DNA of 64,000 bases from a virus (taxonomy: Duplodnaviria > Caudoviricetes). Within the stretch, counting starts at the first letter, position 1, and each line of letters starts with the position of its first letter. A program made the position numbers and the translations under genes. The notes under the pieces were generated by a model. That model made no database searches and was not told where the DNA came from. It saw only the letters and a program-made list of their open reading frames with translations. Below are positions 17,334 through 25,515 of this stretch, piece after piece. The DNA is taken from the IMG/VR virus record IMGVR_UViG_3300017963_000189; one strand, written 5' to 3'.

Positions 17334-17624
17334 TTAAGCGTGATTTGTTTTCATCCTTTCAATTTCAACTTCCAATGAATTATCATTTCGTAATTCAACA
17401 TCATTTTTAATTTGTGGCATTTTCTCTTTTTTGTCCGAAACTGCTTCTATATAATCACCAATCATTTTATCCATCGCGTCACTATTATCCATAAGTGGAG
17501 TTTCACCTTCAATTTCCACCGTAACAGTTTCATATTTATCTTTTTTACCAAAAGCCTTTTCCCAATTATCCACATATTCATCATATGTAACATTCATCGG
17601 TCTCGGTTTATCACCTTTACTCAT
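17334..17624 (-). CDS. hypothetical protein
   Basis: Tiling ORF. Confidence 0.55.
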   Translation of the reverse strand: MSKGDKPRPMNVTYDEYVDNWEKAFGKKDKYETVTVEIEGETPLMDNSDAMDKMIGDYIEAVSDKKEKMPQIKNDVELRNDNSLEVEIERMKTNHA

Positions 17625-17826
17625 TGTTTAACCTCTTTTCATTCTTATTCATTAACATTGTTGGTTTACTATAATCTGCTGGTTCGGAATATGAATATAC
17701 CATTTCACATTCACAATAACCACAAATCGGAATATCGCTATCTTCGGCGACAACCCTAACATATTTCCTACCATAATTTTTATAATGTTTACAACCTACA
17801 TATTCACATAAAAATATATCACTCAA
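17617..17826 (-). CDS. small Zn-finger-like protein
   Basis: CEYVGC...CGYCEC. Confidence 0.55.
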   Translation of the reverse strand: MSDIFLCEYVGCKHYKNYGRKYVRVVAEDSDIPICGYCECEMVYSYSEPADYSKPTMLMNKNEKRLNNE

Positions 17827-17860
17827 TAAACCTCTCCATATTTACATATAAATATATAAG

Positions 17861-18088
17861 TTATTTTGTTTCCTCTTTTTTTCCAAAATACTTTTTCAAT
17901 ATAAGATGAAATACAAATAATGATATCGGAAACGCTAAAATATTACTCAATAAATCGGTATTTATTTTACTCGTATCTCCACCAAGAGCAAAAACTAATA
18001 AACCTATAATAAATCCCGCTCCAAAAGCAAATACAATATATCTCCATACAAACGACCACCAAACTTCCAATGTCTTTCCAAATTCCAT
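17861..18088 (-). CDS. hypothetical membrane protein
   Basis: Two TM segments. Confidence 0.6.
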   Translation of the reverse strand: MEFGKTLEVWWSFVWRYIVFAFGAGFIIGLLVFALGGDTSKINTDLLSNILAFPISLFVFHLILKKYFGKKEETK

Positions 18089-18098
18089 AACTTTCTCC

Positions 18099-18518
18099 TT
18101 AGTTTAAATACCACATATACCAACTAAATACATTTAATAATAAAAAGGCGACCCACAAAATGACTTGTGACCATACTTTCTTTTTTATCGCCCAATAAAT
18201 CCAAAAAAAGTTTGATACTATCCATACTGGCCAACACCATATCACTTTTAATCCACATAATACAATCCCTATAAGTGAAAATGTAGTAGCAATACGACCT
18301 ATAATAGTTAACTTTTTCTTTTCTTTACCTTCCCAATCAAACTCTTTTAGGTTTACATTTCCTATCTTTACAGGATCAACTTTTTTAGTTTTCCCTACAG
18401 CCTTTTCTATTGTTTTTTTCGCTTGTGTTGCTGCGGCTTTATTCTTTTCTTCCTCAATTATTGGATCAAATGTTTTATCAAGTTCTTGTGTAAAATCATC
18501 TAAATTATCATCTGCCAT
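18099..18518 (-). CDS. membrane protein with short PnuC-like C-terminal domain
   Basis: TTFSLIGIVL...K.IWCWPVWIVSNFFW...K..WSQ.IL...F....SWYMW resembles short phage PnuC-like proteins. Confidence 0.45.
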   Translation of the reverse strand: MADDNLDDFTQELDKTFDPIIEEEKNKAAATQAKKTIEKAVGKTKKVDPVKIGNVNLKEFDWEGKEKKKLTIIGRIATTFSLIGIVLCGLKVIWCWPVWIVSNFFWIYWAIKKKVWSQVILWVAFLLLNVFSWYMWYLN

Positions 18519-18552
18519 ATAACCCCCTTGCGTTGATTTGTACATAACTAAG

Positions 18553-18638
18553 CGGAAGATGTAGGATTCGAACCCACGCTACCAAAGGTAGACCTCGGTT
18601 TTCAAAACCGGTGCATTACCAGACTCTGCCAATCTTCC
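18553..18638 (-). tRNA. tRNA-Ser (TGA)
   Basis: GGAAGAT/ATCTTCC, G73, CGGT-TT-TGA-AA-ACCG, TTCGAAT. Confidence 0.92.
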
Positions 18639-18720
18639 AAAGTGGCGGGAGTTTAAAAACATCAACTCTTGATCACCACCTACTCCCGCTTAGTATGATG
18701 AATAGACCTGATGCTATGAG

Positions 18721-18806
18721 CGGAGAGTACAGGATTCGAACCTGTGTGTCCAAAGGACAACCTCCGGGTAGCAACCGGGTACATTACCTGACTCTGTCAA
18801 CTCTCC
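18721..18806 (-). tRNA. tRNA-Ser (GCT)
   Basis: GGAGAGT/ACTCTCC, G73, CCGG-TT-GCT-AC-CCGG, TTCGAAT. Confidence 0.92.
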
Positions 18807-18811
18807 ATATA

Positions 18812-19186
18812 TTATTTCATTTTCTTTTCTGCTAACTTTATTACTTGTTTTAAATATTTTACATATAATTTAAAATCTTTTTCTAAATTTGATGGTTTAT
18901 ACGGAATTTTTTTCTTAACAACAGGATCATGACTTCCATCTAATACATCAAATAAAAAATTAATTGGCGGATAATCATATCCCGCGGAAGCAATTATTAT
19001 CCAATCATCTTCTGGCGAACCTTTTCTATCACTATGCCAGTATACAAGTCCGTCCCTGGAATCCCATTCAGCTTCCCAACCATCAATTTTTTTGTTATTA
19101 ACTTTTTTACCAATATAATTATCTAAATCAGCAGGATATTCATCTAAATCAATTTTCTCTACTAATTTTTTCATCTTTATCGACAT
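18812..19186 (-). CDS. hypothetical protein with N-terminal IKMKKLVE motif
   Basis: Motif shared with 19534-19860 and 19862-20146. Confidence 0.6.
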   Translation of the reverse strand: MSIKMKKLVEKIDLDEYPADLDNYIGKKVNNKKIDGWEAEWDSRDGLVYWHSDRKGSPEDDWIIIASAGYDYPPINFLFDVLDGSHDPVVKKKIPYKPSNLEKDFKLYVKYLKQVIKLAEKKMK

Positions 19187-19188
19187 TC

Positions 19189-19413
19189 TTATTCTCCATA
19201 TAAGTCATTTAGTTCAACAATCATATCGTCCATATCTTCTAAAATTTCCTTGTCTCTTTCTTCGCCGTTGTCTTTAAAATATTCACTTTTTAATTGATTA
19301 AAGTCACGACGATGTTGAATAATTTTTCGTCTATCATCCCCACTTTGCATGGCGACTCTCCACATATCCATAAAATGATTCATTTTTTTACGTATAATTT
19401 CGCGTTTAGTCAT
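19189..19413 (-). CDS. hypothetical protein
   Basis: Tiling ORF. Confidence 0.55.
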   Translation of the reverse strand: MTKREIIRKKMNHFMDMWRVAMQSGDDRRKIIQHRRDFNQLKSEYFKDNGEERDKEILEDMDDMIVELNDLYGE

Positions 19414-19438
19414 TTACTTTCTCCACATAATAAATTTG

Positions 19439-19528
19439 AGTCGGTGACAGGATTTGAACCTGCGACAGGGTTTCCCCTTTTGCTGGTTTTGCAGACCAGC
19501 CCCTTAGACCAGACTCGGGCACACCGAC
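19439..19528 (-). tRNA. tRNA-Cys (GCA) with long variable arm
   Basis: GTCGGTG/CACCGAC, U73, CTGGT-CT-GCA-AA-ACCAG, variable arm AGGG-GAAA-CCCT, T arm GCAGG-TTCAAAT-CCTGT. Confidence 0.85.
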
Positions 19529-19533
19529 ATTAC

Positions 19534-19860
19534 TTACCACGGTTCTTCTAAAAAACGTAAAGCAGCTCTAATTAAACTACGATTGCCTATTGGATCATAG
19601 CTTTTTGTATGAGCTCTAAAATGATTTCTTTTATACCAAATATCCAATCCTTTAACTTTACTTCTATCAACTACTCTTGAACCGGCTCTACTTGGCGAAT
19701 CATAAGTCATATCTCTAACTTCGGCTTTAACATCTTTCATTTTGTTAATTTCATCTACAAACTTTTTCAAAGATAGCCGTTTTTTATTATCTTCAAACCA
19801 CTTTTCAATATCTTTAAGTGTTGTTTTACCTTCCAATAATGATTTAAGTTTTATAGACAT
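19534..19860 (-). CDS. hypothetical protein with N-terminal IKLKSLLE motif
   Basis: MSIKLKSLLEG. Confidence 0.6.
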   Translation of the reverse strand: MSIKLKSLLEGKTTLKDIEKWFEDNKKRLSLKKFVDEINKMKDVKAEVRDMTYDSPSRAGSRVVDRSKVKGLDIWYKRNHFRAHTKSYDPIGNRSLIRAALRFLEEPW

Positions 19861-19861
19861 T

Positions 19862-20146
19862 CTATTTCACCAACTTAAATGATACTACTTCCCATTTCGC
19901 CTTTTTTGAAGTCAATAAAATGGGAGTTTTACCTTTCCAACCTACTCTTACATGACGTTTCAACTCAACAATATATCCACCATTCTTACCAATACCCTCT
20001 AATCGAACCGTCCTATTCGTTTGTTTCATTGACTCAACTCGACCAACTTGCTGATATACAGGAAGTCTCGTCAAAAACATTTTAGAAACTAATGGATACA
20101 TTTCTTCAATTACATTTTTTTCTACTAACTTGTCTTTTAGTTTCAT
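19862..20146 (-). CDS. hypothetical protein (MKLKDKLVE start)
   Basis: The ORF-track start abuts the -10 box; a downstream ATG is more likely. Confidence 0.55.
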   Translation of the reverse strand: MKLKDKLVEKNVIEEMYPLVSKMFLTRLPVYQQVGRVESMKQTNRTVRLEGIGKNGGYIVELKRHVRVGWKGKTPILLTSKKAKWEVVSFKLVK

Positions 20147-20172
20147 TGAATTCTCCATAATTTTCATATATA

Positions 20173-20201
20173 AATATACGAAAATAAAATAACGTTGTCA
20201 A
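20173..20201 (-). promoter_or_regulatory. sigma70-type promoter (repeat family)
   Basis: AAAATAAC-TTGACA-N17-TATATT. Confidence 0.75.
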
Positions 20202-20202
20202 G

Positions 20203-20622
20203 TTATTTTTTGGCTTTTTTTACCGTTTTCGTTTTATCATTTGTACGTCTATTATATTTTGCTTGTTTCGCCTTTGCTTGAGCGGGTGTCTCATTTTTCC
20301 TACGATCTGCAATACCCATCTTTTCACGAACTACATAATTTGTATTTTGTTTTACCTGTGTGTCCATATTCTTTTTCTTCTTATATAAAAATATAGGAAT
20401 AAGAATAGGTAAAAGTGTTTTCAACATATCCAATATATCTTTTTGAGCTAAGAACTTCAACAATTCTTTCCCAAACTCAACACTTTCGCCTGCTGCTTCT
20501 TTAGCATCAGCTGCTATCGCTGCAGGCTCCCAGACATTCGTGTACCCTGTATATAAAAACCAACCAACGACTAAAATGATAATCAAGGTATATGTTCTGT
20601 GTTCTAAAATCCATCTAAACAC
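20203..20622 (-). CDS. hypothetical membrane protein
   Basis: N-terminal TM, LKTLLPILIPIF segment, basic tail. Confidence 0.6.
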   Translation of the reverse strand: MFRWILEHRTYTLIIILVVGWFLYTGYTNVWEPAAIAADAKEAAGESVEFGKELLKFLAQKDILDMLKTLLPILIPIFLYKKKKNMDTQVKQNTNYVVREKMGIADRRKNETPAQAKAKQAKYNRRTNDKTKTVKKAKK

Positions 20623-20634
20623 CTTCTTTCTCCG

Positions 20635-20997
20635 TTAATATTTCTTTTGATAAATCCCCAAATCAAAAACTACTTTATCTAATTCATTAACAACCTTGAT
20701 CAACATCATTCTTTTACCATAAAATTTTTGTAACTCTTTTGGCTTGATTTTTATTTCCTTTCCAAAAGATTCTATCTCATTTCCCTCTTTATCATACATA
20801 TAAACCACTAACCACGCATTATATGGTTTACTCTTTCCTTGTATCTCTACTTCATAAAGAAAATCTACAAATATGGTTTTTCCTTTACGATATTCTATAT
20901 CATATACTCCACTTTTTATTTTAGGAAGGGGCGACTCGCCAGAAAACAATGATCCCACAAATAAAAGTATCAATATGATTATCAATGACTTTTTCAT
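20635..20997 (-). CDS. putative secreted protein
   Basis: Signal-peptide-like MKKSLIIILILLFVGSLFS-G. Confidence 0.6.
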   Translation of the reverse strand: MKKSLIIILILLFVGSLFSGESPLPKIKSGVYDIEYRKGKTIFVDFLYEVEIQGKSKPYNAWLVVYMYDKEGNEIESFGKEIKIKPKELQKFYGKRMMLIKVVNELDKVVFDLGIYQKKY

Positions 20998-21458
20998 TTC
21001 TTTACCTCTTTCTTAAAGACGGTTATTTCCTTATCATGACTCTTTCTTGTAAAATATGGAATTATTACAGGTAACAATGTTGTAACTATTGCTAATATAC
21101 TATCCATCGTTCCCTCTTTATTCGCATTATTTTCCGTATGAGAAGCTTTCAATTCTGCTTCTAACTTCTCGTAATCTTCCTCTAATTCTTGTATTCTATA
21201 TTTCAACAATTCCATTTGTAAATACAATTCAGTATCAAATTCGTCCATATTTTCAGGAACAGATTCCGCTATAGCGGGTTCTTCGACAGATTCCTCAGCT
21301 ACTTCAGGTCTCTCAGCACTTTTTGTATGATGTTCTTTTGTAATGAATTCACCAAAGACAACATTATATGCCTTATCGAGTGTACCTTGACCATAGGCGA
21401 AAAGTAAAAAAAGAGTAATAGACAATCCCCAAACAAGTTTGCCAACTGTAAACTTCAT
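20994..21458 (-). CDS. membrane-anchored coiled-coil protein
   Basis: N-terminal TM, heptads, VTTLLPVIIPYF segment. Confidence 0.6.
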   Translation of the reverse strand: MKFTVGKLVWGLSITLFLLFAYGQGTLDKAYNVVFGEFITKEHHTKSAERPEVAEESVEEPAIAESVPENMDEFDTELYLQMELLKYRIQELEEDYEKLEAELKASHTENNANKEGTMDSILAIVTTLLPVIIPYFTRKSHDKEITVFKKEVKK

Positions 21459-21502
21459 AAAATTTCTCCTGATATTCTCTATATATAAATATAAGTGAAA
21501 TT

Positions 21503-21703
21503 TTATTTTATCTTGTTTACCGCTTTCTTTATTTCATTTAACGCTTCAAGAATTTCATAATATGTCGCCGATACAACATCAATTTCTTTAGTAATTTTAC
21601 GAATTTTACTTATTTGAAATTGATAGTATACGACAAAACCAACAAAGACTAACATAACCATAAATAAGATTGCGACTACAATCCATAATATCTCTGTTAT
21701 CAT
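21503..21703 (-). CDS. small membrane protein
   Basis: Single TM. Confidence 0.55.
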   Translation of the reverse strand: MITEILWIVVAILFMVMLVFVGFVVYYQFQISKIRKITKEIDVVSATYYEILEALNEIKKAVNKIK

Positions 21704-22137
21704 TTTTTGACTTCTTTAGTTTCACCAGGACCACCATCAAGCTGATCGGCTTTCTCTTTCCATTCCTTAAATACTTCAAAAAAGTTACTCAACTTCGCAT
21801 GAAGCGCATGACTAAACTCAACTTCCTCATTCATATCCAAACGACTATTCATTTCTTTCGCGACATAATCAACACTAAAATCTTGATATTGTCTAAGAAG
21901 TTTTTCTACTTCACTATGAATTGTTGAATATAATAATCGTTGAAATTGATCCCTGTCTCTCCAACTAATATCAAGGGCTTCGACTATTACCCTTATAATT
22001 TCTCTTGTAAGCCGTTTTTCAATATCATGATTTGGATTACTTATTTCACAATTTCCTTGACGTTGATAAGGATTGAATATTTCATTGTGTCCACTAAAAT
22101 TTCTATAATCCGTCGGACATTTATCATCTTTACTCAT
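21700..22137 (-). CDS. hypothetical protein
   Basis: Tiling ORF. Confidence 0.55.
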   Translation of the reverse strand: MSKDDKCPTDYRNFSGHNEIFNPYQRQGNCEISNPNHDIEKRLTREIIRVIVEALDISWRDRDQFQRLLYSTIHSEVEKLLRQYQDFSVDYVAKEMNSRLDMNEEVEFSHALHAKLSNFFEVFKEWKEKADQLDGGPGETKEVKK

Positions 22138-22145
22138 TTCGCCTC

Positions 22146-22616
22146 CTATAAACCAAATCTATCTAATTTAGCTGGTTCAATATCATAAACACTTGAGAAT
22201 TGAGTTTTGAGATTTCCAAACCAATCAATACCGTGTTTTTGAATAATGGTATAAAAATCTTGAACATCATGATCACGAAGTTTGTAATCCCATTCACCGG
22301 TCTTTTCATTCATAACTGGATGAACGTGTAACAATTCATGATACATCAAAATTTCTCGTGTTTCATCGTCAAGTTGATCCCACAAATCACCGGACATTTG
22401 AATAACATAATCACAATTACCAAATACTTTCAATAAGTTATTCGCCCTTGAACAATGACCAGCCGTAAACTTATTGATAAATGGATATACCAACAAATAC
22501 TTTATCCTAACATTTTCGATGCCCATATTTTTGTCGTGCATAACCTTGTCCGCTAATACTTCTAAGTCTTGACTTTTCACATACTCGCGATTCTTAATTT
22601 TTACAGTCTCACTCAT
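22146..22616 (-). CDS. putative phage metallopeptidase
   Basis: ILMYHELLH (HExxH)...RDHDVQDF. Confidence 0.7.
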   Translation of the reverse strand: MSETVKIKNREYVKSQDLEVLADKVMHDKNMGIENVRIKYLLVYPFINKFTAGHCSRANNLLKVFGNCDYVIQMSGDLWDQLDDETREILMYHELLHVHPVMNEKTGEWDYKLRDHDVQDFYTIIQKHGIDWFGNLKTQFSSVYDIEPAKLDRFGL

Positions 22617-22631
22617 AACATTTTTTCCTTT

Positions 22632-22829
22632 CTATGCTTTTTGTGTTACTCCACAATATTTACATTTCTCATAACTGTGATGTGAATCTCGCCCATCAGG
22701 TTCAAATTCATGTTCACATATTTCCTGAAGCGCTTTAATAGCCTTTTCGATTTTAATAACTTGTTGATTTAAATCAACTCGTTTTTGTTCTAAATCTTCA
22801 ACGGCTACTTGTAATACGGCTTGTTCCAT
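22632..22829 (-). CDS. hypothetical protein
   Basis: GGAG SD before MEQAV; CEH...CKYCG. Confidence 0.55.
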   Translation of the reverse strand: MEQAVLQVAVEDLEQKRVDLNQQVIKIEKAIKALQEICEHEFEPDGRDSHHSYEKCKYCGVTQKA

Positions 22830-22830
22830 A

Positions 22831-23187
22831 TTATACCTCCTGATTTGGAATAAACATTTCGTCTGCCAAATAAACTTCATGGCGACTATGAGATTTGGGA
22901 TGAAGTCTTTTAGCTAACACTTTAATTACTCTACGATCTTTCGGAACTCTAAACATTTTTTGTAGAAATTCGTCACATTGTTCTTTAGTTTTTAGTACAT
23001 GGAAACCTGATTCATAATATGTAGCACAAGAACCATCTTTGACTGTTTTCCTGTCAGCAGATAACCATTTACCAACTTCTAATTTCCTTGAACCACGTTC
23101 ATTTTTACCTTTAATCCCATGAAATAAAGTATGATATTCACCATTAATAACTTCAACTATTCTATAACATTCAATAATTTGATCCAT
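22831..23187 (-). CDS. hypothetical protein
   Basis: Tiling ORF. Confidence 0.6.
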   Translation of the reverse strand: MDQIIECYRIVEVINGEYHTLFHGIKGKNERGSRKLEVGKWLSADRKTVKDGSCATYYESGFHVLKTKEQCDEFLQKMFRVPKDRRVIKVLAKRLHPKSHSRHEVYLADEMFIPNQEV

Positions 23188-23233
23188 AACCTTTTCCTTT
23201 CACCTATATAACCTTTATACTACTCAATTTTAA

Positions 23234-25495
23234 TTAAGTTCCATCTAATATTTCTCTTATCTTTCTCGCCAATGATGTCGGCGTCACAGGTTTCTGAATA
23301 AAATTAGTTCCAGGATCTAATACCCCACGATGAACTATTGTGTTATCGGTGTAACCGGACATATACAAAACTTTTAGATTTGGTATAAAATCACTTAACT
23401 GGATCGCAAGTTCTCTACCGTCCATTCTCGGCATCACGACATCAGTCACCAACATATTTATTTTTGTTTGATTATTTTTCATCACTTCTATAGCTTCAAT
23501 ACCATTGGACGCACAAATAACTTTATATCCCATATCTCTTAACGCGTCACAAAGTAATAGACGAACTTCTTTTTCATCTTCTACTAATAACAATGATTCA
23601 TTTCCACTATAATCTAATATCTCTCCATTTATTTGTATTTCGTTTTTTGTCTCTCTATCCACTCTTGGCAAATATACCTTGAACGCCGTTCCTTGTCCAA
23701 TCTCACTATATACCCAAACAAAACCACCACTTTGTTTTATTATTCCATACGCCGTAGACAATCCTAAACCAACTCCCTTACCCATTTCTTTTGTCGTAAA
23801 AAATGGTTCAAAGATTCTTTCTTTTGTCGCCATATCCATTCCAACACCATCATCCGTAACAGAAAACATTATGTAACGACCTTTATCAATCATCTTTTGT
23901 TTTCGTTCAACGTGATCTTCATCAAAATATATATTTTTTGTCTCAAGTCTAATCAATCCTACATCTTGTTCAGGTATAGCATCCCGAGCATTGATTATCA
24001 TATTCATCATAACCAAACTAATTTGATTGACATCAACAAAACAATTACCCAAATCAGGATCAAGATGTTTAGCGATTTCTATATCTTCTCTTATCAGTGT
24101 CGCCAAAACTTTTATTTCATTTTCAAGAATGTTATTTAAGTTAACAACTTCTGGCGTCAAAATTTGTTTTCTACTAAAAGCAAGAAGTTGTTTTGTAAGT
24201 GCCTCGGCTCTATCAGCCGCATTATCTATTTTTTCTAATTTTGTTTGTAAATATATATGTGGTTCTGTTTCAGGACATTTTTGACTTCTCCTAATAAGAA
24301 GTTCAGTGTGACCACGAATAACGGTAAGAATGTTATTGAAATCGTGAGCAACTCCACCCGCTAATAAACCAATAGCTTCCAATTTAGCAGCTTGTCGTAA
24401 TTGTTCTTCAAGATTTAATTTTTCTGATATATCATAAAAAATTACAAGTATAGATTGTTTATTTTTATATATTATTGGTTTAGCAACAACTTCAACATCT
24501 ATGATACTACCATCTTTTTTAAAGAATTTTTCGTCTAACGGTTCATTAGTTTCTCCTGTTTCTATCATATTTTTTATTCTTCCTTTAACAACACTTCTAT
24601 AATCAGGATGAACATAATCCATTACTTTGTCGCCAACCAAATCTTTATAATTGTCAGCTCCAATTAATTGACATGCAGCAGGATTGGCGAAAACAATCTC
24701 CATACTTTTTATATTGTAAACTATGATTGAAGATGGTAAAAGTTCCACTAAATCTTTATATTGTCTTTCAAGAGATTCAAGTTTTAGTTTTTCACTTATA
24801 TCATTGAACAAAACCATACTTGCTTTTTGATTCTTATAAGTTATTAATTTAGAAATCACTTCCATTTCAATAGCTTCTTTTTTATCATGTGATAAAAATT
24901 TCATTCTACTCGCTGGACAATATCCTTTTTCTTGTAATTCCTTTATTCGCCGTTTTCCTTCCTCAATAGAATCAGGATGGACGGATTCAAAAACACTTTC
25001 AGGTTTATCATCGTCCAATGGACGATTTATCATTTTTCTCGCTTGTTTGTTGGAAAATAATTTTTGTTTTGTTTTTAAACTATAAACTGCCATTCCGATT
25101 GGCAAAAGTTCAACTAAATCTTCATAGTATTGTTCTTTTTCTATTTGTTTAGTAATATCTATACCAAAACTTAAAAATGTATTATTTGGAGTTATTTCTG
25201 CAGAAAATAAACCATGACGTGTTTCACCATTTTTATGTAATATGGTAAACTCTCTATTTAATACTTTACCTTTTTCACGTAATTCATTACTAATCGCGAT
25301 CCGTTCTTCCGGATACTTCCACATATTAAATTCAAGAGAAGTTTTACCAATTATTTCTTCTCGTGCATAACCGGTCATTTCACAAAATAAATCATTTACT
25401 TTTATAAACTTTCCAGTGTCCAATTCGCTATATGCTACCGCAATAGGTAACGAACCATATACTTTATCAAATGAAATTGTTATATCGTCGTTCAA
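23234..25495 (-). CDS. hybrid sensor histidine kinase (3 PAS, HisKA, HATPase_c, REC), CckA-like architecture
   Basis: PAS motifs (VNDLFCEMTGY, VHPDS, ANPAA...VHPDY); H box AGGVAHDFNNIL; N box NARDAI; DDGVGMD; FEPFFTTK..GKGVGLGL; REC VEDE...TDVVMP...QKP. Confidence 0.92.
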   Translation of the reverse strand: MNDDITISFDKVYGSLPIAVAYSELDTGKFIKVNDLFCEMTGYAREEIIGKTSLEFNMWKYPEERIAISNELREKGKVLNREFTILHKNGETRHGLFSAEITPNNTFLSFGIDITKQIEKEQYYEDLVELLPIGMAVYSLKTKQKLFSNKQARKMINRPLDDDKPESVFESVHPDSIEEGKRRIKELQEKGYCPASRMKFLSHDKKEAIEMEVISKLITYKNQKASMVLFNDISEKLKLESLERQYKDLVELLPSSIIVYNIKSMEIVFANPAACQLIGADNYKDLVGDKVMDYVHPDYRSVVKGRIKNMIETGETNEPLDEKFFKKDGSIIDVEVVAKPIIYKNKQSILVIFYDISEKLNLEEQLRQAAKLEAIGLLAGGVAHDFNNILTVIRGHTELLIRRSQKCPETEPHIYLQTKLEKIDNAADRAEALTKQLLAFSRKQILTPEVVNLNNILENEIKVLATLIREDIEIAKHLDPDLGNCFVDVNQISLVMMNMIINARDAIPEQDVGLIRLETKNIYFDEDHVERKQKMIDKGRYIMFSVTDDGVGMDMATKERIFEPFFTTKEMGKGVGLGLSTAYGIIKQSGGFVWVYSEIGQGTAFKVYLPRVDRETKNEIQINGEILDYSGNESLLLVEDEKEVRLLLCDALRDMGYKVICASNGIEAIEVMKNNQTKINMLVTDVVMPRMDGRELAIQLSDFIPNLKVLYMSGYTDNTIVHRGVLDPGTNFIQKPVTPTSLARKIREILDGT

Positions 25496-25515
25496 CTATT
25501 CTCTCCGTAAATAAG

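Noticed and set aside
19439-19528. tRNA-Sec or an 8/4 allo-tRNA
   Set aside because: Acceptor and T stems are 7/5 bp, the D stem is short and the discriminator is U, not the Sec 8/5 fold with G73.
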